The notes: a model not told the origin generated them from the sequence alone. A DNA stretch of 64,000 nt from Bacteroidota bacterium (GCA_947479755.1 CANKAM010000005.1:52187-116186); one strand, 5' to 3'. Positions 39,346-50,373 are shown, counted from the stretch's first letter. Made by a program: numbers and translations.

Positions 39346-39456
39346 CTAGTTATTTCACATATTTATCAGCCTGTGAAGCCTTTTTAATTTCGGGTTAATA
39401 ATACCAAATATTTTAAAACACGCAAAAAATTTAAATCTTCGTTATTAACAATTTTA

Positions 39457-42400
39457 TTAAGATTTAGGTTTTAAATCCTTTGGAACATCAAAATTTTCAA
39501 TCTTAACATTCTTTGCATCAAGGTTCAAAATCCTGATTTCAATTCTTCTGTTTAACTGTCTTCCTTCAGGATTATCTGATCCATCAGGATTCTCATTTAT
39601 AGCAATTGGTTGACCTTCTCCCATTCCAACAGCTTTAAAGCGATTAGCATCAATACCTTTTCTTGTAAGATACCTTACCACTGCATTTGCTCTGTCTTTT
39701 GAAAGCTCTACATTATAATCATCATTCCCATGAGAATCGGTATGACCACTAACTTCAACTTTTATGTCCTTATTATCTGACATATAGTTATATAATTTCT
39801 GTAGTTCTTCCTCCGACTCTTTCCTGATTATTGATAAATTATAATCAAATAAAATATTTTTAAGTACAACAGACCCACCCTTTTTAAATGATTCGAAATC
39901 AGTTTTCATAACTGCTGCCTGATATTTTTGCTGCTTCTGAATTTCTTCAAATTTAGCTAACAACTCTTCGTACTTTTTATTTTGGTCCGTAACCTGCTGT
40001 GTCAACTGATTAATTTTATTACCCGATTCAGCTATTTGCTTTTTAAGTTGTTCGTTTTCTAAAATCAGTGCTTGATTCATTTTCTTCAGTTCCTCAATAC
40101 TCTTTGAATTGTCAAGTGCATCTGCTTGATTTTTTGCTTCCTCCTCAGCTTTAGCTTTGGCGACTACCTCTTCTGCTTTCCGTTTTTCCTCAGCAATCTT
40201 CTGTTGCGCTTTAACAAATTCTTCTTGTTTCTCTTTTTTAGCGGTTTCTTCTAATTTAAGTTTCTCGTCAGCAAGTTTCTCGTCAGCAATCCTTTGCTCT
40301 TCCGCTTTCCTTTTCACTTCTTCTTCTTTTTGAGCAGCAAGACGAATTTCTTCCATTTTAGCTTTATTAGCTGCCTCAAGAGACGCTTTATCTTCAGCAT
40401 CTTTTCTCTCAGTTTCCTCCTTAGCCTGTAACTTCCTTTTTTCTTCAACTATCTGTTGGTCTTCTTGTTTCTTCTTCTCTTCATAAGACTCCTTAGCGAA
40501 ACCTGATGCCAGTTCTTCTTTCTCTTTAGTTATTTTTTGAGTTTGTAATTTCTTAAGTTCCTCTAAGCGCTTGACAATTTCATTTTTTCTAGCAACTAAT
40601 GAATCTTCAAATGCTTTTTTCGTTTGGTCGGCAATTAGCTTTTGCTGCTCTTCCTGTTTTTTCTTTTCTGCTGCAAACTTTGCTGCTTCATCAGCCTTAC
40701 GTTTCTCTTCTGCTAAACGTGCGGCTTCCTCGGCAAGTTTCTTTTCCTGTGCTGCTTTATTAGCTGCAAGTTCTTCCGCTTTTTTCTTTTCCTCAGCTGC
40801 TATACGAAGTGATTCCTCAGCTTTGGCTTTTGCTGCAACTTCTTCTGCAAGCTTTTTCTCTTCAACTGATTTTGCTGCGGCAACTTCTTCTGCCTTTTTC
40901 TTTTCTTCTACTGCCAAACGGGCTGTTTCTTCTGCTTTAGCCTTTGCTGCTAATTCCTCAGACAGTTTTTTCTCATCAGCAGATTTAGCTTTAGCAAGTC
41001 CTTCTTCCTTTTTCTTTTCTTCTGCTGCTAAACGGGCTATTTCCTCAACTTTGGTTTTTGCTGCGGCTTCCTCAGCCAATTTCTTCTCTTCTGCTGATTT
41101 AGTTGATGCAAGTTCTTCTGCTTTTTTCTTCTCAGCTGCAAGGCGTTTTTCTTCTTCCGCTTTCTGCTTCTCTTCTGCCAGCCTACCTCTCAGAACAGCT
41201 TCTTCAGAAAGTCGTTTTTCTTCAGCCGCTTTTGCTGCTTGTTCTGTTTTGCGTTTCTCTTCTGCTAATAAAGTTTCCTGCTCTTTAGCAGATTTCTCCA
41301 TCGCAACAAGTTGCTCTTCCAATGCCTTCAGCTCTGATAGTTTTTCGTTTTCAGGTTCTTTATTATCTGCTATCTGATTCACTTCTTCAACTTTCTTTTC
41401 TTCTTGTTGCGCAACTTGTTTTCCGCAAATTACAGGATCAAGCATTATTGCTTTTGTTATCTCTGCATAGCTTGAATTTTCAGGAACTACTATTTTATCG
41501 ATTTTAGACTGATAACCATCACACTCATAGGTAACATTATACGTTGCTCCAGGTTGAAGAATAAAAATATAGCTTCCGGTAGATTTATTAGGTTTATAAA
41601 TTCCTGTAACAGCATTGGTTCTGGCATCAGCTACAATAATATTTGCAAGAATTTCCGGACTATTTTCAAGAATAACAACACCTTTCATAACGGTAAGGCT
41701 TTCTTTCTTTTTTTCGGTAAGCTCAATCAGATAAATATCTTTTTCACCCATCCCACCTTCCATGCGTGAAGAGTAATAAGCATAGTGTCCATCCGGAGTA
41801 GTAACAAAAAACACATCGTCTTCAGGAGAATTGATCGGATAACCAATATTAACAGGTGTTGACCAAACTCCATCGATATTTTCAGAAGTGAATATATCAA
41901 AACCGCCCATACTATTGTGACCCTGAGAACTGAAGATAAGTGTTTTCCCATCAGCTGCAAAAAATGGTGCTTCTTCATCAAAGGCGGTATTTATAGTTGC
42001 TCCGAGATTTTCCGCTTTACCCCAAGTGCCATCAGGAAGAAGTGAGATTTTGTAAATATCTCTTCCGCCTAAACTTCCGCTTCTGTTACTGACTATGAAT
42101 AAATTTTGTCCGTCTGCCGAAACTGTTGCATGGGTTTCCCAAGAACCGGTGTTTATTTCACCGCCTAACTTTTCAGGTTTTGACCATTCTGCACCATTTA
42201 ATTTACTCATGTAGATATTACCATCTCCATTGTCATCTTTGTAAATAAACAATTGCTGTCCGTCAGGAGAAAGGCCTATTGTGGCTTCATGTCCTTCCGT
42301 ATTAATATTAACCCCTATACTTCGTGGTGTTGTCCATTTACCTTTTTCTTTTTTTGCAATGTATATGTCCTCATAGTACTTTCCGTCAAGAAAAAGTTTC

Positions 42401-43050
42401 CCGCCAGTCCCTTCTCTGCGTGAAGTAAAGATGAGTGTATTGCCATCTCCTGAAATTACAGGGCTATATTCTTCATATTTTGAATTGATAACCGAACCCA
42501 ATGATTGAACCTTAATATTTACAGGTTCTTCTATAAGTAATTTTGCATTTTCAGAATATTCAATCTGATGTTTTACTTCAGAATACGTATTTACATCTTC
42601 TAAATCAACAAATGACCGATAATTATAATAATTTGAAATTGCATCATCAAAACGGTAAGAAAAATGGTAGGCTTTTGCAAGATTATAATATGTTATACCT
42701 GGTGCTGTTTTTTCCTTGTAGTCGCTTTCTTTATACATAGGCGATGGGGGTGAAAGCATTATTGCCTGCTCAAGATAATAGATTGCTTTTTTTCTGTCAG
42801 GGCTAGCACCAAGATAGGATGTACCCAACATGTATGCAATATTTGCGTTTGAAGAATCGTAAGCATATAATTCCTTTGAAATAGGCAGGGCTTTGTAATA
42901 GTCACCGTCAAACAAATAACCATCAACCAAAGCGAATTTCTTTTTAAAATCCGCTTCGTTGGTAACTTGTGCGCTTACTGTGCTGAAAAGAAATAAACCT
43001 AAAACTACTAAAAGTAAACCTGCTCGCATAAACTGTCCGTAAAAATACAA
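39457..43050 (-). CDS. PorE-like protein with a roughly 450-aa Lys/Ala/Glu coiled-coil insertion: TPR - PD40 - carboxypeptidase-regulatory-like domain - long coiled coil - OmpA_C
   Basis: PD40 blades and beta-sandwich motif SYIFILQPGATYNVTYECDGY. About 40-aa repeats AEEKKKAEE.AAAKS.EEKKLAEEAAAKAKAEE. C-terminal OmpA_C motif VEVSGHTDSHGNDDYNVELSKDRANAV..NRRIEIRIL. The true start may be the internal Met MRAGLLL. Confidence 0.75.
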   Translation of the reverse strand: MYFYGQFMRAGLLLVVLGLFLFSTVSAQVTNEADFKKKFALVDGYLFDGDYYKALPISKELYAYDSSNANIAYMLGTSYLGASPDRKKAIYYLEQAIMLSPPSPMYKESDYKEKTAPGITYYNLAKAYHFSYRFDDAISNYYNYRSFVDLEDVNTYSEVKHQIEYSENAKLLIEEPVNIKVQSLGSVINSKYEEYSPVISGDGNTLIFTSRREGTGGKLFLDGKYYEDIYIAKKEKGKWTTPRSIGVNINTEGHEATIGLSPDGQQLFIYKDDNGDGNIYMSKLNGAEWSKPEKLGGEINTGSWETHATVSADGQNLFIVSNRSGSLGGRDIYKISLLPDGTWGKAENLGATINTAFDEEAPFFAADGKTLIFSSQGHNSMGGFDIFTSENIDGVWSTPVNIGYPINSPEDDVFFVTTPDGHYAYYSSRMEGGMGEKDIYLIELTEKKKESLTVMKGVVILENSPEILANIIVADARTNAVTGIYKPNKSTGSYIFILQPGATYNVTYECDGYQSKIDKIVVPENSSYAEITKAIMLDPVICGKQVAQQEEKKVEEVNQIADNKEPENEKLSELKALEEQLVAMEKSAKEQETLLAEEKRKTEQAAKAAEEKRLSEEAVLRGRLAEEKQKAEEEKRLAAEKKKAEELASTKSAEEKKLAEEAAAKTKVEEIARLAAEEKKKEEGLAKAKSADEKKLSEELAAKAKAEETARLAVEEKKKAEEVAAAKSVEEKKLAEEVAAKAKAEESLRIAAEEKKKAEELAANKAAQEKKLAEEAARLAEEKRKADEAAKFAAEKKKQEEQQKLIADQTKKAFEDSLVARKNEIVKRLEELKKLQTQKITKEKEELASGFAKESYEEKKKQEDQQIVEEKRKLQAKEETERKDAEDKASLEAANKAKMEEIRLAAQKEEEVKRKAEEQRIADEKLADEKLKLEETAKKEKQEEFVKAQQKIAEEKRKAEEVVAKAKAEEEAKNQADALDNSKSIEELKKMNQALILENEQLKKQIAESGNKINQLTQQVTDQNKKYEELLAKFEEIQKQQKYQAAVMKTDFESFKKGGSVVLKNILFDYNLSIIRKESEEELQKLYNYMSDNKDIKVEVSGHTDSHGNDDYNVELSKDRANAVVRYLTRKGIDANRFKAVGMGEGQPIAINENPDGSDNPEGRQLNRRIEIRILNLDAKNVKIENFDVPKDLKPKS

Positions 43051-43179
43051 TAATCTATCATTACATCGCAGAAAATAATCACGATATAATATAAAATAAA
43101 TTCAATAAAATTATAACATTCGAGCAATAATAAGCAAAATAACAAGATTAAAGCGTCATTATTTGCAAAAAGAAAGAAA

Positions 43180-44799
43180 TTACTTCTTTTTAACCTTCAT
43201 AGGTTCAAGATTTACCGCCTTATTTATTTCAAAATAAGAGGTTCCGACAGGAACTGTCAAATTCTCGGAATGGAATAAGTAACCATTTGCTTCGTAAGCA
43301 ATATTATAAGTAATTCCTGGCTTTAGAATTAGGGTAAAACTACCATTATCAGCGCGGTTTCTGGAAGTTCCGTAGAGTTCACCTGATTTGTTATCTGTTA
43401 CGTTAATAGTAACTTTGGGAATAGTACCATTTTCATCTTTTTCAATCTTTCCTTTGTAAAGAGTAAGCGGCTCCTGAATTTCAAGTTCAAGGTTAATCAG
43501 GTAAATATCTTTTTCACCAAAACCACTGTCCTTTGATGAGGAATAATAAGCTCTTTTTCCATCGGGTGAAGCAACAAAGAACACCTCATCATCTGCTGTA
43601 TTGGTTGGATAACCAATGTTTCTGGGCTGTGTCCATTTCCCGTCATCCTGAAAGACAGAGAAGAAAATATCAAAACCACCAATACTGGTATGTCCTTTTG
43701 AACTAAAGAAAAGTGTTTTGCCGTCAGGATGCATGAAAGGTGCATCTTCATCGTACTCTGTATTTACGACATCGCCAAGGCTTTGTGCTAATCCCCAGTC
43801 ACCATTAGGTAATTTTTTACAGGAATAAATATCCAATCCACCTTTTCCGCCATTGCGATTACTGGTAAAAAACAAGAGTTGTCCGTCCGGTGAAACAGAA
43901 GCATGCGTTTCCCATGCTTTACTGTTAATGTCAGACCCAAGCAATACAGCTTCGCTCCATACATCATTCTGCAATTTACTAACATAGATGTTTCCATCGC
44001 CCCAGTCATCGCGATAAATATAAAGTTGCTGCCCGTCTGCCGACAAACTGATACAAGCATCATGTCCGTCTGTATTAATTGCAGGGCCAATGTTACTTGG
44101 CGTAGACCATTCACCGTTTTCATTTTTTACTGAAACATAAATATCTTCAAAGTATTTATCATCATCGGCTTTAAGGTTTCCGGTTGTTCCCTGCCTGCGG
44201 GAAGTAAAAATCAGCATGGTTTCACTGGCATCAATAACAGCTGAATAATCATCAAAAGCTGAGTTAATTTTCTTTCCTAAGTTTTGGATTGAAAAACTTA
44301 CTGGTGTCTTAAAAATTTCTCGTGCATTATCGCACATCTTTATCTGGCGTTCAACATCTTTTGTAAGTTCAACTTCGTATTCAGGAATGTATTGTTTGAA
44401 TTGTTTGTATTCTTTGATAGCGCTATCAACCTTAAAGTCAATGTGATACGTTTTCGCCAATTTGTAAATTGCATCGGGAGGAGCTTGTGTTTCCTTATAA
44501 GTTCCTTCGGCAAATTCTTTTGAAATATTTTTAGATGCTGCCTTAAAATAAGGAATTCCAAGCGATTTACGATTAGTAGTACTGAAATAGCACATACCAA
44601 TTTTGTATTTCACATGAGCGTTTTCCGGATACAGTTTTTCCAGCTCAAGAAAATTTTTCAGGGCAAGATCAATCTTACCTGCTGCAAGGTGCTGTTCAGC
44701 AACAGGAAATATTTTTTTCAGATAATCTTCGCCTTGCGCAAACGAATGCAGCGTGCCGAATACAGAACATAAAATGCAAATGAGGAAAACTTTCTTCAT
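43180..44799 (-). CDS. Secreted TPR - PD40 beta-propeller - carboxypeptidase-regulatory-like protein (PorE-like without OmpA_C)
   Basis: Probable start MKKVFLICILCSVFGTLHSFAQ (ATG at 44797-44799). PD40 blades present. C-terminal SFTLILKPGITYNIAYEANGY with no OmpA motif. Confidence 0.7.
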   Translation of the reverse strand: MKKVFLICILCSVFGTLHSFAQGEDYLKKIFPVAEQHLAAGKIDLALKNFLELEKLYPENAHVKYKIGMCYFSTTNRKSLGIPYFKAASKNISKEFAEGTYKETQAPPDAIYKLAKTYHIDFKVDSAIKEYKQFKQYIPEYEVELTKDVERQIKMCDNAREIFKTPVSFSIQNLGKKINSAFDDYSAVIDASETMLIFTSRRQGTTGNLKADDDKYFEDIYVSVKNENGEWSTPSNIGPAINTDGHDACISLSADGQQLYIYRDDWGDGNIYVSKLQNDVWSEAVLLGSDINSKAWETHASVSPDGQLLFFTSNRNGGKGGLDIYSCKKLPNGDWGLAQSLGDVVNTEYDEDAPFMHPDGKTLFFSSKGHTSIGGFDIFFSVFQDDGKWTQPRNIGYPTNTADDEVFFVASPDGKRAYYSSSKDSGFGEKDIYLINLELEIQEPLTLYKGKIEKDENGTIPKVTINVTDNKSGELYGTSRNRADNGSFTLILKPGITYNIAYEANGYLFHSENLTVPVGTSYFEINKAVNLEPMKVKKK

Positions 44800-44886
44800 A
44801 GAAAAGTTTGTGTTTAGGTTTTTAATACCAATCAGACTTATCATTAGACAAGAACCAATAAATAAGCACTCAATACGCTTATTTTC

Positions 44887-46215
44887 TTAAATAGTTCTGT
44901 TTATATCGAATTGTTCTAAGTAATCAGCCACTCTTCTTACAAAACTTCCACCCAAAGCACCATCTACTACCCTGTGGTCATAGGCATGAGACAGGAACAT
45001 CATGTGGCGAATTCCAATGGTATCGCCAAACTCTGTTTCTATAACTGCAGGCTTTTTGCGGATAGCTCCAACAGCCAAAATTGCTACCTGAGGCTGATTT
45101 ATAATTGGCGTTCCCATTACATTTCCGAAAGTTCCAACGTTAGTTAAGGTATAAGTTCCACCTTGTATTTCGTCAGGCAAAAGTTTGTTATTTCGCGCTC
45201 GGTTAGCCAAATCATTAACTGTTTTTGTAAGTCCGTAAAGGTTCATACGGTCTGCATTTTTTATTACAGGAACTATCAGGTTACCACTTGGCAAAGCTGC
45301 TGCCATGCCTATGTTAATGTTTTTACGGATAATGATTTTTGTTCCATCAACAGAAACATTCACCATCGGAAAGTCTTTAATTGCTTTTGCTACTGCTTCT
45401 ATAAAGATCGGGGTGAAAGTCAGTTTCTCACCTTCCCTCTTTTCAAACTGGTCTTTCATTTTATTGCGCCACAAAACAATATTTGTCACATCTGCTTCAA
45501 CATACGAAGTAACGTGGGGCGAAGTATGTTTACTCATTACCATATGCTCGGCAATGATTTTTCGCATACGATCCATTTCAATTATTTCATCACCTGCATT
45601 TATGCTTACAGCCGGTTTATTTACCATTGGTGCTGACTGCTGTTGCTGACCATTTGAAATAGTTTTTTGTTCTTCAGCAACTTTTGGCATTGACACAGGT
45701 GTAGCTACTTTTCCTCTGTTAGGCAAATAAGCAAGAATATCATTTTTGGTTACACGACCTTCTTTTCCTGTACCCGGAATAGTATCTAATTCTGCCTGAG
45801 CAATGCCTTCTTTTTGCGCAATGTTGCGAACCAATGGAGAATAAAAACGATCTGATTGTATTACAGAAGAAACAGAACGAGAAACCACAGGTTGAGAAAC
45901 ACTTACTGCTTCTTGTTTAACTACAGGAATAACCGAATCAGAAACAACAGTTTGTTGTGAGCTTCCAGCCTCTGCTTCGCTTCCAATAAGGCAAATAACT
46001 TTACCTACCTGCACCACATCGCCTTCTTTAAAAAGTAGTTTAAGAATTTTTCCAGATGCTGGTGAAGGCACTTCGCTGTCCACTTTATCGGTGGCTATTT
46101 CCAATACGCTTTCATCGGCTTCAACGTTATCGCCTTCTTTTTTCAGCCATTTAATAATGGTTGCTTCAGCTACACTCTCGCCCATTTTGGGCATTATCAT
46201 TTCAGTATTCGACAT
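44887..46215 (-). CDS. 2-oxoacid dehydrogenase complex E2 component (dihydrolipoamide acyltransferase; succinyl- or branched-chain type)
   Basis: N-terminal lipoyl domain (MPKMGESVAEATIIKW...ATDKV with the lipoyl-Lys), a peripheral subunit-binding region, and a catalytic domain with DHRVVDGA. Confidence 0.85.
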   Translation of the reverse strand: MSNTEMIMPKMGESVAEATIIKWLKKEGDNVEADESVLEIATDKVDSEVPSPASGKILKLLFKEGDVVQVGKVICLIGSEAEAGSSQQTVVSDSVIPVVKQEAVSVSQPVVSRSVSSVIQSDRFYSPLVRNIAQKEGIAQAELDTIPGTGKEGRVTKNDILAYLPNRGKVATPVSMPKVAEEQKTISNGQQQQSAPMVNKPAVSINAGDEIIEMDRMRKIIAEHMVMSKHTSPHVTSYVEADVTNIVLWRNKMKDQFEKREGEKLTFTPIFIEAVAKAIKDFPMVNVSVDGTKIIIRKNINIGMAAALPSGNLIVPVIKNADRMNLYGLTKTVNDLANRARNNKLLPDEIQGGTYTLTNVGTFGNVMGTPIINQPQVAILAVGAIRKKPAVIETEFGDTIGIRHMMFLSHAYDHRVVDGALGGSFVRRVADYLEQFDINRTI

Positions 46216-46266
46216 TTTATAAAATCAAAATATGTTCACGGACAAAAGTATAGATTATTGTGAATT

Positions 46267-48255
46267 TCAAACGTTGCCCGTTCTCCCCGTCTCCCTTAAG
46301 CCTTTCCACAAAATATTTATATCATTCCACAAGCGGTAGTCTTTAGCATAAAGCATATTCAATTTTTGAATTGTTGCTGTATCTACCAACTGCTTATCAA
46401 GTGCGTCCAAAGGGTTTAAAATCCCCGCTTTTATTTTCGGAAGATTCCATAATTGTTTGTCTTCTTCACGAGGAAAATAATATCCAATCCAAGATAATGT
46501 TCCAAACAAAACTTTGAAACAATTTTTAATTAAACCGAATGGCTTATCAACTATAAAAAGAAGAATTGGGAATAATGTCAATATTATCAAAGCAGCTGCT
46601 AAATCAAGCATGCGTTTGTTTCGCATATTCACTGTTTTGGTGATTGAATTAATATCAATTACATATAACTCACCAGACGAATTGATAGAGTTACTACCTA
46701 TAATATAAAGGCTTTCGGGTGGTGCAATTTTGTAATCAACCTGCGAATTTGATGAAACAGACATTTTATCTATTATCACATTTGAAGGCAAATCTTTTGC
46801 ACAAAAAATCACTTCGTTAATTTTATAAATATTTATGATTTCTGAAAGTTGATTAAGTGTTCCGATATAATCTGAATTCTTGCTTTCTCCTGTTTCTGAT
46901 GGATGAATAAATCCCGAAAAAGCTGGCTGCACTTTCGCCTGATTCAACAATGCTCCTACCCTTTTTGCTTCATCTTCTTTGCCTACAATAACGATACGCT
47001 TATTTGTTCCGGAGCTTAAATCAAATCCCTTTATTTTCAAAAAGTGGAAAAGCAACCGTAGGGCAAGCATCGAAAAAATTGCCCACAATGTTCCGAGCAA
47101 AATCAGTGCGCGTGAAAAGCGATACGTTTCGGGAAGCAGTGCATAAATAACCAATATAACTGCGGTTCCTGCAAAAATACCGCGAACAATTTTTGATGCT
47201 TTTACTGGCTTATCATAACCGGCACTCAGGAATATACTCAACAACCAAACAGCTATGTAAAGCGGCAAAACACCAAACAAGAACTCTGGTGGATAATGCA
47301 CACCTTCACCTGCTTTCACCGTTTCTTCCCAATAATTGGCAATAAAATAAAGTCCCGAAAAAAGCAATAACGAATCAATTGCAGGGACAAAGATTTGCTC
47401 AACAAATCTTCTCAGAATTGCAGCACCTGCGCGGATGTAAATAGCAATATTAATAAGGAAAGAAAATGTCTTTGCATTCTGTTTAGAAAAATGTTTGCGC
47501 GCAAAAATTATCATTGCATTGTAGAACACGAATACAAAATTTACGCTGCTTTTTTTAGTGCTCTCGCCTTTGTAATGGATGATTCGTGCTTCAGGGAAGT
47601 AATAATTTTTCCAGCCACCTTTAATGATGCGGTAACTCAAATCAATGTCTTCGCCATACATAAAAAAGTCCTCGTCCAGCAAACCCACTTTATCTAAGGC
47701 ATCTTTGCGCATAAGCATAAATGCACCTGAAAGAATCTCAACTTCGTTCGTTTGTTCTTTGTCCAAAAAACCAAGATGATATTTACCAAAGCGTTTTGAT
47801 TTCGGGAACAATGCTGAAAGCCCGAATATCTTGTAAAAAGCCACCATTGGTGTTGGCAAGCCTCGTTTTGATTCAGGAAGAAAGTTGCCTTTCCCGTCCA
47901 ACATTTTTATTCCCAAACCACCTGCATCAGCATGCGAATCCATAAAGGAACCACACTTACTGAAGGTATCGGCTTCCACAACTGTATCAGGGTTTAGCAG
48001 CAGAACATATTTTCCGGAGGATTGACGAATCGCCTGATTATTTGCTTTTGAAAAGCCAAGATTTTCTTTATTGGCAATCAGCTTTACTTCCGGAAATTTT
48101 TTGCGAACCATTTCCACAGAACCATCCACCGAATTATTGTCAACAACAAAAACTTCAGCCTCCAGATTAGTTAATGCGGCACGAACAGAATGGAGACATT
48201 GTTCGAGAAAATACTCAACATTATAATTGACAATTATTATGGATAGCTGCATCAC
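46267..48255 (-). CDS. Family 2 glycosyltransferase fused to a multi-transmembrane region and a C-terminal sugar-transferase-like segment
   Basis: N-terminal IIIVNYNVEYFLEQCL...VVDNNSVDGS (GT2 DxD region), hydrophobic helices in the middle, and C-terminal KVLFGTLSWIGYY resembling the bacterial sugar-transferase VLxGxMSxVG motif. Confidence 0.65.
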   Translation of the reverse strand: MMQLSIIIVNYNVEYFLEQCLHSVRAALTNLEAEVFVVDNNSVDGSVEMVRKKFPEVKLIANKENLGFSKANNQAIRQSSGKYVLLLNPDTVVEADTFSKCGSFMDSHADAGGLGIKMLDGKGNFLPESKRGLPTPMVAFYKIFGLSALFPKSKRFGKYHLGFLDKEQTNEVEILSGAFMLMRKDALDKVGLLDEDFFMYGEDIDLSYRIIKGGWKNYYFPEARIIHYKGESTKKSSVNFVFVFYNAMIIFARKHFSKQNAKTFSFLINIAIYIRAGAAILRRFVEQIFVPAIDSLLLFSGLYFIANYWEETVKAGEGVHYPPEFLFGVLPLYIAVWLLSIFLSAGYDKPVKASKIVRGIFAGTAVILVIYALLPETYRFSRALILLGTLWAIFSMLALRLLFHFLKIKGFDLSSGTNKRIVIVGKEDEAKRVGALLNQAKVQPAFSGFIHPSETGESKNSDYIGTLNQLSEIINIYKINEVIFCAKDLPSNVIIDKMSVSSNSQVDYKIAPPESLYIIGSNSINSSGELYVIDINSITKTVNMRNKRMLDLAAALIILTLFPILLFIVDKPFGLIKNCFKVLFGTLSWIGYYFPREEDKQLWNLPKIKAGILNPLDALDKQLVDTATIQKLNMLYAKDYRLWNDINILWKGLRETGRTGNV

Positions 48256-48873
48256 TTAACGAACAAGAGAATTTTCGTAAGGAACACGATTAACAATACT
48301 TCTACCTAAAGTGATTTCATCGGTATATTCCAGTTCACTACCAACTGCAACTCCGCGCGCGATAGTGGATATTTTTACATCAAAACCATTCAGTTTTTTG
48401 AAAATATAAAAGTTGGTAGTATCGCCTTCCATGTTAGCACTCAGCGCCATTACAATTTCTTTTATACCACCACGCTTCACACGATTAACAAGGCTTTCCA
48501 CATTCAGTTCTGCCGGACCAATTCCATCCATTGGAGAAATAATTCCGCCCAAAACATGATAGTGACCTTTGAATTGTGCTGTGTTCTCAATAGCAATTAC
48601 ATCACGAATATCTTCTACCACACAAACCAACGAACCATCGCGTGAATGACTCGAACAAATACCGCAAAACTGCATTTCTGAAATATTATGACAATTCTCA
48701 CAATACTTGATCTGCTCACGCAAGCGAATAAAAGTATTTCCGAATTTCCGCACTTCAACTTCATCTTTCTTCAACAGATAAAGAACGAAACGATATGCTG
48801 TTTTCCTGCCGATACCAGGCAAAGCAGCAAACTCGTCAACGGCTTGATCAATCAGTTTTGAGGAAAAATTCAT
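48256..48873 (-). CDS. recR: Recombination protein RecR
   Basis: [13 protein letters not shown] helix-hairpin-helix, C4 zinc finger [16 protein letters not shown], and a Toprim domain. ATG at 48871-48873 ([10 protein letters not shown]). Confidence 0.9.
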   Translation of the reverse strand: MNFSSKLIDQAVDEFAALPGIGRKTAYRFVLYLLKKDEVEVRKFGNTFIRLREQIKYCENCHNISEMQFCGICSSHSRDGSLVCVVEDIRDVIAIENTAQFKGHYHVLGGIISPMDGIGPAELNVESLVNRVKRGGIKEIVMALSANMEGDTTNFYIFKKLNGFDVKISTIARGVAVGSELEYTDEITLGRSIVNRVPYENSLVR

Positions 48874-48930
48874 TGGCCAAAAATAAGAATAAACCATCAG
48901 CAAGAAAGCAGATTTTAGTAGTTTCGCACC

Positions 48931-50373
48931 ATGTCGCCTACCCTCATCATTTCCTGCATAGCTGGCTATTTCTCTATACTGCTGCTGATAGCATGGTGGA
49001 CCAGCCGCAATGCCGACAGCAAAGGTTATTTTCTTGGCAATAAATCCTCACCCTGGTATGCTGTTGCATTTGGCATGATAAGCGATTCGCTTTCGGGCGT
49101 TACATTTATTTCAGTTCCAGGCGCAGTTGGCGCTTCCAACTTCTCTTATTTACAATTAGTGCTTGGCTACGTTGTTGGTTATTACGTTATCGGAAGTGTG
49201 TTACTCCCGTTATATTACAGGTTAAACCTCACTTCAATTTACACGTATTTATTACAACGTTTCGGAGCTTATTCACAGAAAACAGGTTCTTTCTTTTTTC
49301 TTTTATCGCGCACATTAGGTGCTGCCGGAAGACTATTTCTTGCAGCTGGAGTAATACAACTATTTGTTTTCGACCATTTCGGAGTTCCTTTCTGGCTTTC
49401 GGTTTCGGTGATTATTATTCTGATGCTGGTTTACACCTACAAGGGTGGAATTAAAACACTGGTATGGACCGATACTTTTCAATCTGCATTTTTATTACTT
49501 GGTGTTGTTTTGTCAATAGCCGCAATCAGTTCTGAGCTTAATCTCAGTTTTGCCGGAATGACCGAAACAGTTGCTAACAGCGCCTACTCAAAAGTATTTT
49601 TCTGGGACTGGCAGGCAAAATCATTTTTCCCTAAACAATTCTTTGGTGGAATGTTCATTGCTATTGTTATGACTGGCCTTGACCAGAATATGATGCAGAA
49701 AAATCTAAGCTGTAAATCATTGGGCGATGCGCAGAAAAACATTTACTGGTTCAGCATTGTGATGGCAATTGTGAATGTATTTTTTCTTTCATTAGGTGCT
49801 TTGCTTTATGCATATTCCGAAAGCAAAGGCATCGCAATTCCTGCAAAAACAGACAATCTCTTTCCGATGCTGGCACTGCAACATCTGGGAACTTTTGCGG
49901 GTTTAGTTTTTATTATCGGTTTAACGGCAGCTACTTTTTCAAGTGCAGATTCTGTTCTTACAACACTCACCACATCTTTTTACATTGACTTTTTAGATGC
50001 GGAAAACAAAGACTATACAGAAAAGAAAAAGACAACCATTCGACACATTATTCACATCAGTTTTGCCGTGATTTTATTATTAGTGATTTTAGTTTTCAAA
50101 GCCATGAATAATTCGGCAATCATTGACACTGTGTTAATGCTTGCTGGCTATACGTATGGACCGTTGTTGGGTATGTTTGCTTTTGGACTGTTTTCAAAAC
50201 AAAAAGTGAATGACAAATTAGTGCCGCTTGTTTGCGTTTTATCACCATTGCTTTGTTACTACTTCAATCTTAATTCAGTTGAGTGGCTGGGCGGTTATAA
50301 GTTCGGCAACGAACTATTGCTGCTTAACGGAACATTGACTTATCTGGGGTTATGGGTAATCAGAAAAAAGTAA
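48931..50373 (+). CDS. Sodium:solute symporter family (SSF) transporter
   Basis: 480 aa with about 13 hydrophobic helices, typical SSF topology and Gly-rich helices. Confidence 0.75.
   Translation: MSPTLIISCIAGYFSILLLIAWWTSRNADSKGYFLGNKSSPWYAVAFGMISDSLSGVTFISVPGAVGASNFSYLQLVLGYVVGYYVIGSVLLPLYYRLNLTSIYTYLLQRFGAYSQKTGSFFFLLSRTLGAAGRLFLAAGVIQLFVFDHFGVPFWLSVSVIIILMLVYTYKGGIKTLVWTDTFQSAFLLLGVVLSIAAISSELNLSFAGMTETVANSAYSKVFFWDWQAKSFFPKQFFGGMFIAIVMTGLDQNMMQKNLSCKSLGDAQKNIYWFSIVMAIVNVFFLSLGALLYAYSESKGIAIPAKTDNLFPMLALQHLGTFAGLVFIIGLTAATFSSADSVLTTLTTSFYIDFLDAENKDYTEKKKTTIRHIIHISFAVILLLVILVFKAMNNSAIIDTVLMLAGYTYGPLLGMFAFGLFSKQKVNDKLVPLVCVLSPLLCYYFNLNSVEWLGGYKFGNELLLLNGTLTYLGLWVIRKK

Noticed and set aside
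40571-41507. 268-aa Ala/Ser/Phe-rich plus-strand ORF and neighbouring small ORFs
   Set aside because: Antisense artefact of the coiled-coil segment of 39457..43050.
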